A stretch of 64,000 bases of DNA from Candidatus Hodarchaeota archaeon (GCA_048887225.1 JBHLJY010000003.1:168395-232394); one strand, 5' to 3'. Numbered from the stretch's first letter, positions 33,820-42,964 are shown. A program made the numbers and translations. The notes: generated by a model not told the origin, from the letters alone.

Positions 33820-35022
33820 TTGATAATAATTAAGTTAGAACTAGAAGAGAAAGATATGCTGGAAGGGAAGCATGGAAAAGCTGCACAAAAATCGATGGAG
33901 ATATTAACAACATTAGGCGAAATATTTGATGCTGAATGTATGGTTGACGTTCATAGTGTTCAGATAGCAGGAGTTTCCTATGCTAATCTTGGCGAAGCGG
34001 GGTTGGAATTTCTAAACGAAATGGCTGAAGATGGGAATGTTAGAGTTTTAACAACTTTAAATCCAGCAGGAATGGATCGCCAAAATTGGCAAGCATTAGG
34101 AATAGATGAAGAATTTGCTAAAAATCAGAATAGCGCCATAGATGCCTTTGCTAAGATGGGAATAATTACAACATGTTCTTGTACACCATATCTAATTGGA
34201 AACACACCTCACTATGGACAACATATTGCTTGGGCTGAAAGTAGTGCTGTTTGTTATTCTAACTCAGTTATTGGAGCTCGAACAAATCGCGAGGGGGGAC
34301 CAAGCGCATTAGCAGCAGCTTTAACTGGCAAAACGCCTAAATACGGTTACCATATAGATGAAAATCGTCATGGTCAAATCTTAGTTAAAATAAATGCTCC
34401 AGTTAAAGGCACTGACGAATTTGGAGTATTAGGAAAAATAATTGGAGACAAATTAGTTGAATTAGGAAAAAAAATACCCCATATTACGGGAATTCCTTCC
34501 GCTACTGTTGAAGAACTCAAGTCTTTTTGTGCTTCCATTGCTACGTATGGTGGAACAGCATTATTCCACATGGAACAAATAACTCCGGAGTATAAAGAAT
34601 ATCCTAAACCAAGTGATGTTGTGTTTGAAATTAATCAAGAAGATTTAGATAATACTCGTGCTGAACTTATAGACGACGATCTTGAAATAGATTTTGTAAG
34701 TATTGGTTGTCCTCACGCTTCAATTCACGAAATTGCAGAAATAGCAAGGTTATTAAGAGGAAAAAAAGTAAAGAAAGAATTTTGGATTACTACTGCTCGA
34801 CCTACAAAAAAAATCGCAGATGAAGCTGGTTATTCTAAAATTATTGAAGATGCTGGAGCAAAATTCGCAGCGGACACTTGCTGTGTTGTAGCTCCAATTA
34901 AAGGACGCTTCAAGGGAATCATGGTTGATTCAGCAAAAGCGTGTTATTACGGGCGCGCAAAGAATAATTTTAAAGTAAAAATTGGTACAATCGAAAAATG
35001 TGTTGAGGAGTCCATTAAATGA
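33820..35022 (+). CDS. aconitase X-type phosphomevalonate dehydratase, large subunit (DUF521)
   Basis: 400-aa ORF with DMLEGKHGKAAQKSMEIL at the N-terminus and Cys-containing segments (TTCSCTPY, IGCPHAS, DTCCVV). A 4-nt ATGA overlap joins it to the small subunit. Confidence 0.75.
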   Translation: MIIIKLELEEKDMLEGKHGKAAQKSMEILTTLGEIFDAECMVDVHSVQIAGVSYANLGEAGLEFLNEMAEDGNVRVLTTLNPAGMDRQNWQALGIDEEFAKNQNSAIDAFAKMGIITTCSCTPYLIGNTPHYGQHIAWAESSAVCYSNSVIGARTNREGGPSALAAALTGKTPKYGYHIDENRHGQILVKINAPVKGTDEFGVLGKIIGDKLVELGKKIPHITGIPSATVEELKSFCASIATYGGTALFHMEQITPEYKEYPKPSDVVFEINQEDLDNTRAELIDDDLEIDFVSIGCPHASIHEIAEIARLLRGKKVKKEFWITTARPTKKIADEAGYSKIIEDAGAKFAADTCCVVAPIKGRFKGIMVDSAKACYYGRAKNNFKVKIGTIEKCVEESIK

Positions 35023-35408
35023 AATTAGAAGGAAGAAAAATCTATAAAGGAATTGCTGAGGCAGAAGCGATTGTAACGAAAGATGGAATATCTTTTTATG
35101 GTGGCGTTGACCCTGATACTGGCAAAGTTGTTGAGGTTGGACATGAACTTGAAGGTCAAACCATAACAGGAAAAGTTTTAGTCTTTCCTACTGGTAAAGG
35201 TTCGACTGTAGGATCATACACTATGTATAGAATGAAAAAAAATAATACGGCTCCAGTAGCAATCGTAAATGAACAAATAGATACGATCATAGCAGTAGGT
35301 TGTATAATAAGTGAAATTCCCTGTGTAGATAAAATTGATATTAATTATATTAAAACTGGACAAAAAGTTATTGTCAATGGTTCAGAAGGTACTGTGGAGG
35401 TGGCATAA
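35019..35408 (+). CDS. aconitase X-type phosphomevalonate dehydratase, small subunit (DUF126)
   Basis: 129-aa ORF with GISFYGGVDPDTGKVV, ITGKVLVFPTGKGSTVGS and APVAIVN. Confidence 0.75.
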   Translation: MKLEGRKIYKGIAEAEAIVTKDGISFYGGVDPDTGKVVEVGHELEGQTITGKVLVFPTGKGSTVGSYTMYRMKKNNTAPVAIVNEQIDTIIAVGCIISEIPCVDKIDINYIKTGQKVIVNGSEGTVEVA

Positions 35409-35459
35409 ACGGGAACTGGCAAAGGATATGGTAAGACAATCTTATTTGGAGAACATTTT

Positions 35460-36344
35460 GTGGTTTTTGGTTTTCCGGCTATTGCATCAGCATTAGGCTC
35501 CTATACAACTGCAGATGTTAAAGTCGTTGAAGGAAAAAGCTGGACTGTCAATGATCAGAGACCTGCTACGCCCGGCTATAAAAAAAAGAAATATAGTGAG
35601 GCAATGCAATCAATTAAGAATATAATCGAGCATTTAAAAATAGATACGGAGAGTCAAAAACTTGAAATAACTTTCGCCGGAGATTTAATTGCTGCTAGTG
35701 GAGTTGGTGCTTCTGCCGCTCAATGCACATCTTTAACTCGTGCCTTAAACGATAGTTTTAATTTAAAGTTAGATGATGAAAAGATAAATGAAGCTGCGTA
35801 TGAAGGAGAGAGGGCCTACCATGGAACACCATCCGGTATTGATAACACGGCTTCAACTTATGGTGGATTGATTTGGTTTGTGAAAAACTTAAGTGGGGGA
35901 AAAAATACAATGGAGCTCCTTCAATCACCAAAAAATATACCATTAGTAATCGCAAATTCAGGAATCACGGCCTCAACAACAGAAATAGTTGCTGAAGTCC
36001 GGCGCTTAAAGGAAGCTAACCCAGAAAAATTTGAAAAAATATTTAATGAATATAAGGCATTATCAGAAAAAGCAAAAAAAGCCTTACTTGAAGGAGACAT
36101 CGACACTATAGGAAATTTAATGAATCAAAACCACAAATTACTTCAAAAAATCACCGTTTCAGGGGATATAAATGACAAATTAGTTGATATAGCACTGAAA
36201 AATGGAGCATTAGGTGCTAAAATGACGGGAACAGGGCGGGGTGGTTTGATTATTGCTTTAGCAAAAAACGAAGCAATACAAGAAAATATTGCCAAATCTA
36301 TAGAAAAAGAAGGATATGATGCCTGGAGAACATTGATTGGTTGA
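35460..36344 (+). CDS. mvk: mevalonate kinase (true N-terminus almost certainly upstream, within 35409-35459)
   Basis: GHMP kinase motifs AASGVGASAAQC, GTPSGIDN and KMTGTGRGG. The essential N-terminal motif GKTILFGEHFVV is encoded just upstream of the track's GTG start. Confidence 0.8.
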   Translation: MVFGFPAIASALGSYTTADVKVVEGKSWTVNDQRPATPGYKKKKYSEAMQSIKNIIEHLKIDTESQKLEITFAGDLIAASGVGASAAQCTSLTRALNDSFNLKLDDEKINEAAYEGERAYHGTPSGIDNTASTYGGLIWFVKNLSGGKNTMELLQSPKNIPLVIANSGITASTTEIVAEVRRLKEANPEKFEKIFNEYKALSEKAKKALLEGDIDTIGNLMNQNHKLLQKITVSGDINDKLVDIALKNGALGAKMTGTGRGGLIIALAKNEAIQENIAKSIEKEGYDAWRTLIG

Positions 36345-38250
36345 GTGTGAATTAAAATTGAAAAGTAGTAATGAAATAATTCTGTTAAAGTTAGGTGGAA
36401 GTTTATTAACCGATAAAAATAAATCTTTTTATATTAGAGAAAATGTTGTAAAAAGCGCAGTTCAACAAATAATTGATGCTAATGAAAAATTAATCTTAAT
36501 TCATGGTGGAGGTTCATTTGGCCATCCTCTCGCTAAAAAGTATAGCATTTCGAAAGGACTTGATATATCCATTCCAAATCAAATTCTTGGACTTGCTGAA
36601 ACTCACGAAGCAATGAACAAATTAAACACCTATATAATTAACAGATTTCTTGAAAAAAACAGTCCTGCTATATCAATTCAAGCTTCAAGTATTTTTATAA
36701 AAGATTCTAAGAAAATTTCCACTCAATCCATTGATGTCATTGAGGCAGCTCTTGATATTGGAGTAATTCCCGTTTTATACGGCGATATAATCCTTGATAA
36801 ACAAGATTCATTTTCAATTATTTCAGGAGATCGTATAATTTTGGAATTATGTAAGAACTTACAAAAATTTACAGTTTCAAAAGTTATTTTTACGATTGAA
36901 AAAGATGGTATTTACATTAAGGATAAAAAAGAAAATATCAAATTGGCTTTGGAACTTAATCATAAGGAATTAGACAACATTCGCCTTGCTGAATTAGATC
37001 AAAAAATAGATGTTACTGGTGGGATAGAAGGAAAAATTAATTCAATTAAAGAAATTTCTAAACTAAAAATTCCTGTTCAAATTATAAATGGATTAAAAGA
37101 AAAATTTATATTTAAGGCTTTAAAAGGTTTAGATTTAAGATGTACCAATATCAAAATTAGTACTGTAAAAGCAGAAATAGAAGAAATTCGTGATAGAAAG
37201 CTAGATCATTTAAGAATTCCTATTGAATACAATGTACAGCATTCAGAAAATTATTTTAAATATATTAAGTTAATTCACAATCCTCTTCCAGAAATGGATT
37301 ATGACGAAATTGATCTCTCTATTCAATTTTTTAATAAGGAAGTCTCTGCTCCCATTTGTATTGCTGCGATAACTGGCGGCCACCCCATTTCTAAAGAAAT
37401 TAATCGAATTTTGGCTGAAGCTGCCGAAAAAGAAAAAATTATAATGAGTGTAGGAAGCCAACGTGCTGGATTAGTTGATCCTACTCTGATAGATTCCTTT
37501 AATATCGTAAGAAATGTAGCACCTAGTATTCCCATTATTGGAAATATAGGTATAGGTCAATTAAGTGATCCCAATTTTAATTTAGAGGATTTTAATAAAT
37601 GTATTAAGATGATAAATGCTGATGCCATGGCTATTCATTTTAACGCGTTACACGAATTGGTCCAAGATAAAGGAAATCGCTCTTATAAATATTTCCGAGA
37701 TAATTTCCAAAAAATAAGAGCATCAACTAATACTCCTATAATTGCAAAAGAGGTAGGTGCTGGTTTTAATCAAGAACTTGCCTTAAAACTCAATAATCTC
37801 GGATTTGATGGTTTTGATGTTGGAGGTGCTGGCGGTACTAGTTTTGCTGCTGTTGAATCTCACCGTAATTTCAATTTCAGTGAAAATTTTACTAGAAATC
37901 CCGCAGAAATATTTAGAGAATGGGGCATCCCTACTCCTGTAAGTGTATATTATATTAGAAAAGTCACAAAAAAATTAATAATTGCAACTGGCGGGTTAAG
38001 AACAGGAATAGATATTGCTAAATGTATTTCTTTAGGGGCAGATATTGGTGGATTCGCTTATAAATTTCTTTTATCCTCGTGGAAAGATTATAAAAATAAC
38101 TCAATTTCTCACACTATCAAAGAAATTAGAACATTAAAAAACGAATTGCGCTCTTGTCTATGGTTAATGAACTTAAAAAATATTATTGATTTAAAAGGCA
38201 ACATAAACAAAAGAGTAATTCTTGGTAAATTAAATCAATGGTTAAGTTAA
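36337..38250 (+). CDS. fusion protein: isopentenyl phosphate kinase (N-terminal) + type-2 (FMN-dependent) IPP isomerase (C-terminal)
   Basis: 637-aa ORF. The IPK part (aa 1-~265) has LKLGGSLLTDK, HGGGSFGH and DVTGGIEGK. The IDI-2 part (aa ~285-637) has RKLDHLRIP, PICIAAITGG, GSQRA, AKEVGAG, GGAGGTSFAAVE and ATGGLRTGIDIAKCISLGA. The TTG start overlaps the mvk stop by 8 nt. Confidence 0.8.
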   Translation: MVECELKLKSSNEIILLKLGGSLLTDKNKSFYIRENVVKSAVQQIIDANEKLILIHGGGSFGHPLAKKYSISKGLDISIPNQILGLAETHEAMNKLNTYIINRFLEKNSPAISIQASSIFIKDSKKISTQSIDVIEAALDIGVIPVLYGDIILDKQDSFSIISGDRIILELCKNLQKFTVSKVIFTIEKDGIYIKDKKENIKLALELNHKELDNIRLAELDQKIDVTGGIEGKINSIKEISKLKIPVQIINGLKEKFIFKALKGLDLRCTNIKISTVKAEIEEIRDRKLDHLRIPIEYNVQHSENYFKYIKLIHNPLPEMDYDEIDLSIQFFNKEVSAPICIAAITGGHPISKEINRILAEAAEKEKIIMSVGSQRAGLVDPTLIDSFNIVRNVAPSIPIIGNIGIGQLSDPNFNLEDFNKCIKMINADAMAIHFNALHELVQDKGNRSYKYFRDNFQKIRASTNTPIIAKEVGAGFNQELALKLNNLGFDGFDVGGAGGTSFAAVESHRNFNFSENFTRNPAEIFREWGIPTPVSVYYIRKVTKKLIIATGGLRTGIDIAKCISLGADIGGFAYKFLLSSWKDYKNNSISHTIKEIRTLKNELRSCLWLMNLKNIIDLKGNINKRVILGKLNQWLS

Positions 38251-38299
38251 ATCTTTAAAAAAAAAATTATTAAATTTAGGATTTTACATACTGTTTTTC

Positions 38300-40540
38300 T
38301 TATTTTGGTAGAAATTTGAATACCCCTTCTAAATTTTTTGAAATTGCATCCCGCGAAAATAAAAAAGGTATATACTTGCCTCGAACATATGATTTCATTA
38401 AGTCTTTATAGTGCTTATGAAATGGCAATCCTGATTGACCGCCTGGAATAATCCCGATCGACTTATCCCAATCAGAGAGGTCATGAATTTGCCGGTACGA
38501 AGGTCCTACAGTCATTGCAAAATCACTTAAAGGATCGTAATAACCATTATTGAGCGTGTTCAAATCACCACCAATTTTGAAAGGGCCAATATTTAATGCT
38601 TTAGCAGCATCATCAGCGAGAGAAAATGGATGAACAAGCGTAAGTTTATGGAAATTCCCCCATTCCCACTTGTTATAATCTGAAGAAATTTTTTCAGACA
38701 ATGAATTAATTGTTTTTTCTAATGTGTTAACAAGAATTTCTTCAAGTCCCTCGGGTTTATCATCGTAAATTTTAAATAATCTATCGAGTTCATAAGGGCA
38801 ACCACTTAAAGAAGCATCGAGAAATTCTTTATCAATATACGGATTAAGTATCGCTTTTATAGTTTCTAAGTGCCAGACCTTGTAAATAGTACCTGCCACA
38901 CTCTTACTTGTTAATTTATAATCCCACTTTTCTAATATTGATATTATTTCTGGAATTATTTTGGATATTGCTTTTGATTTTACTTTTTTTAGCATAATTG
39001 GTAGCAATTCAGCAGCTTCTTCAGAAAACTGATCGTTTTGAAAATTTTTAATATCTTCTATCGAGAATTTTTCTTTTGACTGGAGTAAATTTTTTAATCT
39101 TTTTTGTCTGTAGAATCCTATTGAGTCTTGAGATATAAGTGCCCCATTAGGAGCTTTATCTTCGTTATAATTTGCTGTATACACAAAACTATAATCTGGA
39201 TTGAAAACTGAAAACATTTTTTCGAATGGAACTAAACCACACCAGTTGTATTTTTCATCCGTGCCAGGAGTAACCATGGCCCCATTCCCATATTTCCTTG
39301 TAGGGATCTTTCCACCATGCTGATGCCCAATATTACCGTCTATATCGCCATAAAGAAAATTCTGAGGTGTAATAGTCATCAATTTCGTGCCATCTCTAAA
39401 TTCATCCCAATTTAATGCTTTGTTAATTTTAAGGAATCCTTCCAAATTATCTTCAAGTTTTGCTCCGAAACTCGACCAACGCAAGGCATACTTTCCAGGG
39501 AGTTTTATTCTATATATTTTATTATCTATCTCGAAATACTCTACGACAGGGCCAAATTTTGTCATTAACACTTTAAATGGTATAGGATTGGGCTCTTCCC
39601 TAATAGTTATTGGTTCTTCAATGATCTCGAAGTCTATCCATTGTTCGTTGTAAAGGTATTGGTTCTCATTTTCAGGATTTAATTCTAATTTAAATAAATC
39701 TACATTATCTGCCGAGACATTTGTACATCCCCAAGCAATTCTTTTGTTATGTCCTAAAACAACACCAGGGAGCCCTGGAAAAGAAGATCCAAAAACATTT
39801 AAATCAGGGCAGTTTAGATGAATTAAAATCCATATAGCTGGCACAGTAAGAGGTAAATGTGGGTCGTTTGCGAATAATACTGATCCTGACACTGATTTAT
39901 TAGGACCTATTACCCATCCATTACTTCCGATAGGGTTCTCTAATTTAGCTCCTGAATAGAGTGGGATAATTTTATCTGCCATTTCAGGTCCTAATTTCAT
40001 AACAAGATGTTCACGCAATAACTCCAAAGGATAATTTCCACTCAAACCCCATTCAATTAAACTAACGATTTTAAAAGAATCTTCAAGCTTCCATTCCCTT
40101 GGTTTTATCTCAAGAACTGAGAATTCGATCGGGGGATTAATCCTTGCTTTTTCAATACCTGCATTAACACCTGTTATATATGATTGTAACAATTGAAGTT
40201 GTTCATTATCTGGTTCTTTCAATAATCTTTCGACACAATTTCTCGCGATCCGATGTAATCCAATTATTTTATAGTGTTTATCCATATCAAGAGTAACATT
40301 GCCAGTAAGTTCTGAAATTTCTCCAGTCGTTAACCGCCTAAAAAGTTCCATCTGCCATAATCGATGGCGTGCATGGATGTATCCTTGGGCACAATATGCA
40401 TCTTCGAGTGATTTAGCATAAATATGGGGAATTCCCCATTTATCCCAAAGAATTTCAACCTCCTCTTTGATCCCTTCTAAAGATTCAGAACCTTCAGTAG
40501 GAGGAAAAGCATTTTTTGCAATTTGAAGTATTTCTTCCAT
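38300..40540 (-). CDS. penicillin acylase-family Ntn hydrolase (penicillin/AHL/cephalosporin acylase-like)
   Basis: 746-aa ORF with YAQGYIHARHRLWQMEL, then GSNGWVIGPNKSVSGSVLFANDPHL (Ser nucleophile context) and PGGQSG near the C-terminus. Confidence 0.75.
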   Translation of the reverse strand: MEEILQIAKNAFPPTEGSESLEGIKEEVEILWDKWGIPHIYAKSLEDAYCAQGYIHARHRLWQMELFRRLTTGEISELTGNVTLDMDKHYKIIGLHRIARNCVERLLKEPDNEQLQLLQSYITGVNAGIEKARINPPIEFSVLEIKPREWKLEDSFKIVSLIEWGLSGNYPLELLREHLVMKLGPEMADKIIPLYSGAKLENPIGSNGWVIGPNKSVSGSVLFANDPHLPLTVPAIWILIHLNCPDLNVFGSSFPGLPGVVLGHNKRIAWGCTNVSADNVDLFKLELNPENENQYLYNEQWIDFEIIEEPITIREEPNPIPFKVLMTKFGPVVEYFEIDNKIYRIKLPGKYALRWSSFGAKLEDNLEGFLKINKALNWDEFRDGTKLMTITPQNFLYGDIDGNIGHQHGGKIPTRKYGNGAMVTPGTDEKYNWCGLVPFEKMFSVFNPDYSFVYTANYNEDKAPNGALISQDSIGFYRQKRLKNLLQSKEKFSIEDIKNFQNDQFSEEAAELLPIMLKKVKSKAISKIIPEIISILEKWDYKLTSKSVAGTIYKVWHLETIKAILNPYIDKEFLDASLSGCPYELDRLFKIYDDKPEGLEEILVNTLEKTINSLSEKISSDYNKWEWGNFHKLTLVHPFSLADDAAKALNIGPFKIGGDLNTLNNGYYDPLSDFAMTVGPSYRQIHDLSDWDKSIGIIPGGQSGLPFHKHYKDLMKSYVRGKYIPFLFSRDAISKNLEGVFKFLPK

Positions 40541-40596
40541 ATTTATCTCATTAAATTTTATTTAATTTAAATATTAAACTTTAAATCTATAAGAGG

Positions 40597-41031
40597 TTAA
40601 AACGATATTATCTTGAGATTTTCTTTAGAATCTGTTTGACCTTTTAAAATACAACTAAAAGCGCTTAAATTATTAAATTTTAATTTGCTATCTTTAGCAA
40701 TTATACAATTTTCTAACTCGAATTTATCACCTAGCACGACATTGTCAAATAAAATAGTATTAACTAATTCTGTGTAATTTCCTATTTCACAATTATTTCC
40801 AATGTAAACATTTGGACCTATAAGAACATCTTCTCCTATTTTTACATTAGAACCAAGATGAACAGGCTCAATAAAAGTTGGAAAATCACCGATATACTTA
40901 TCAACACAGTGTTGCCCTCTTAATTCATTTTTAATGAAATTTATTTGGCTCTCTCTAACTTTATCTGTATCGATCTTTTTTTCAGAAATTAGTTTTTCAA
41001 TTTCTTCTAAACTCATTTTCATTGAATTCAT
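40597..41031 (-). CDS. left-handed beta-helix (hexapeptide repeat) protein
   Basis: 144-aa ORF with repeated [LIV]G-x4 hexapeptides (VKIGEDVLIGPNVYIGNNCEIGNYTEL). Confidence 0.6.
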   Translation of the reverse strand: MNSMKMSLEEIEKLISEKKIDTDKVRESQINFIKNELRGQHCVDKYIGDFPTFIEPVHLGSNVKIGEDVLIGPNVYIGNNCEIGNYTELVNTILFDNVVLGDKFELENCIIAKDSKLKFNNLSAFSCILKGQTDSKENLKIISF

Positions 41032-41052
41032 ATTTATCTAATAGATAATTAA

Positions 41053-41769
41053 TTATAATCCTAAGATTTCAATTAATTGCTCAATATTTTCATCATATTT
41101 TGCGCTTGTTGTAATGACAAGAATATTAGGATTAAATTTCTTGGCATCCTTTATCATTTTTTCTACATTAGTGCCTAATCTTTCAGCCAGGTCTATTTTA
41201 TTTATTACCACCACGTCAGATATTTTAAACAGCATAGGATGTTTTTCAACTACCCATTCACCTTCTGTTGTCGAAACTACTACAACTCTTTTATCAGTTC
41301 CAAGAGAGAAATCTGATGGACAAATTAAGTTTCCAACATTTTCAATGAATATAGCATCGTAGTTTGTTAAATCTTTATTATTTATTATCTGATATATATG
41401 ATAAGCATTTAGCGCACATTCACGTCCCGTATTAATTTGAACCGTTTCAGCGTTATGTTTCTCGATTCGGTCTGCATCAACCCTAGTTGTAATATCTCCA
41501 CATATGACTAGAATTCTATATTTCGAAGATAATTTTTCACTTATTTTTTCTAAAATCGCTGTTTTACCTGCTCCAATTGCTCCGACAATATCATAAGATT
41601 TTATTTTATATTGTTTAAACTCTTTATTTATCTGTTCAGCAAGAAATTCGTTGCTTTTTTCAACTTCTTTTTTTGTTTCAATTACCAAATCCCTTATTTC
41701 TTCTCTAGCTAAATTAATACTTTCAAGTTCTCGAATTCTATGAATTTCTCTCTCGTCTTTATCTGACAT
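41053..41769 (-). CDS. hypB: hydrogenase nickel-incorporation GTPase HypB (SIMIBI class)
   Basis: 238-aa ORF with the P-loop GAIGAGKT, GDITTRVDADRI, ENVGNLICPSDFSLG, STTEGE and INKIDL. Confidence 0.75.
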   Translation of the reverse strand: MSDKDEREIHRIRELESINLAREEIRDLVIETKKEVEKSNEFLAEQINKEFKQYKIKSYDIVGAIGAGKTAILEKISEKLSSKYRILVICGDITTRVDADRIEKHNAETVQINTGRECALNAYHIYQIINNKDLTNYDAIFIENVGNLICPSDFSLGTDKRVVVVSTTEGEWVVEKHPMLFKISDVVVINKIDLAERLGTNVEKMIKDAKKFNPNILVITTSAKYDENIEQLIEILGL

Positions 41770-41885
41770 GTACTATAAATATAATGTTTTTATTTACAAC
41801 TCTAAAAAAAATTATTATGTAAGTAAATTACAAATGAAAAAAAAAGATATTTAAAATTCAATAATGGGTAAATTTCTTTTGAATA

Positions 41886-42953
41886 TTAAAATCTCCTTTC
41901 TGCGACAAAATCTAATAGACTATCAAAAAATTCTAATTCAGATTGATTGATGACGGATTTTAATTTATTCAAAGAGGATCTGGCTTCTTGTACAAAAGAA
42001 TTTGCCAAAGTCCTACATGAATTTACTACATCTGCTTCAACGAAAAACTCTTTAACTTCTTGAACATCGTTACTTGTCATATCTTGTTTCTCAATTAATT
42101 TATTAAGCCGATTTTTTTTCTTGTTTTCCAATTTATTATATGCCTCTATTAATAGGCAAGTTTTTTTCCCTTCTCTTATATCTCCTTCAGTTGGTTTACC
42201 AGTTATTTTTTCGTCGCCAAAGGTTCCCAAAATATCATCAATAATTTGAAATATAATTCCTAGGTTTATACCATAAGTAGATAAGAACTGTAAATATTTA
42301 GCATCTACATTTGAATAATTTGCTCCTATTAAAATCGATTTTTCTAATAGAGCTCCTGTTTTAAGTGAAATCATTTTAATATAATCTTGAATATTTAATT
42401 TTTTTTGACTTACCATGTCTATTTCGATAAGGACTCCATCACTGATTTCTTTAAAAACTTCTTCATAGTAATTTATTGCTTTAAGATTTAGCTTGTGTTC
42501 AAATTCATTGAAGATATATGCTTCTAATCCCATGAAAAATGCTGTGTCGCCACCTATTATTCCAATATTTGTACCAAAATCTTTAGCAACTATTTTTTTT
42601 AAATCATATTTTTCGTAATATTTCCTAAATCTATAATGAAAAGCAGGTTTTCCTCTTCTGAAATCGTCTTTATCTATGATATCGTCATGAATTAAAGATG
42701 CGTTGTGTAAAAACTCTATTCCAACACTAGGGATTACAATTCTTTCATCGGTTTTCTTTTTGAATGAATTGTATGTAGCAATGCATAACAAAGGACGGAT
42801 TCTTTTGCCCCCTGATAAAAAATAATCCTTTAGTGTTGAATAATAGTCTTTAAGAAATTGATTTTTAACACTTTCCAACTTTCGGTCATAAATTAATTTT
42901 ATTGCGTCGTTTATTTTAGGTTTGTAATTTTTAATATATTCGGCAAATTTCAT
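41886..42953 (-). CDS. idsA: trans-polyprenyl (geranylgeranyl) diphosphate synthase
   Basis: 355-aa ORF with the first Asp-rich motif LIHDDIIDKDDFRRGKP and the second FQIIDDILGTFGDE. Confidence 0.85.
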   Translation of the reverse strand: MKFAEYIKNYKPKINDAIKLIYDRKLESVKNQFLKDYYSTLKDYFLSGGKRIRPLLCIATYNSFKKKTDERIVIPSVGIEFLHNASLIHDDIIDKDDFRRGKPAFHYRFRKYYEKYDLKKIVAKDFGTNIGIIGGDTAFFMGLEAYIFNEFEHKLNLKAINYYEEVFKEISDGVLIEIDMVSQKKLNIQDYIKMISLKTGALLEKSILIGANYSNVDAKYLQFLSTYGINLGIIFQIIDDILGTFGDEKITGKPTEGDIREGKKTCLLIEAYNKLENKKKNRLNKLIEKQDMTSNDVQEVKEFFVEADVVNSCRTLANSFVQEARSSLNKLKSVINQSELEFFDSLLDFVAERRF

Positions 42954-42964
42954 AAGATAATACC

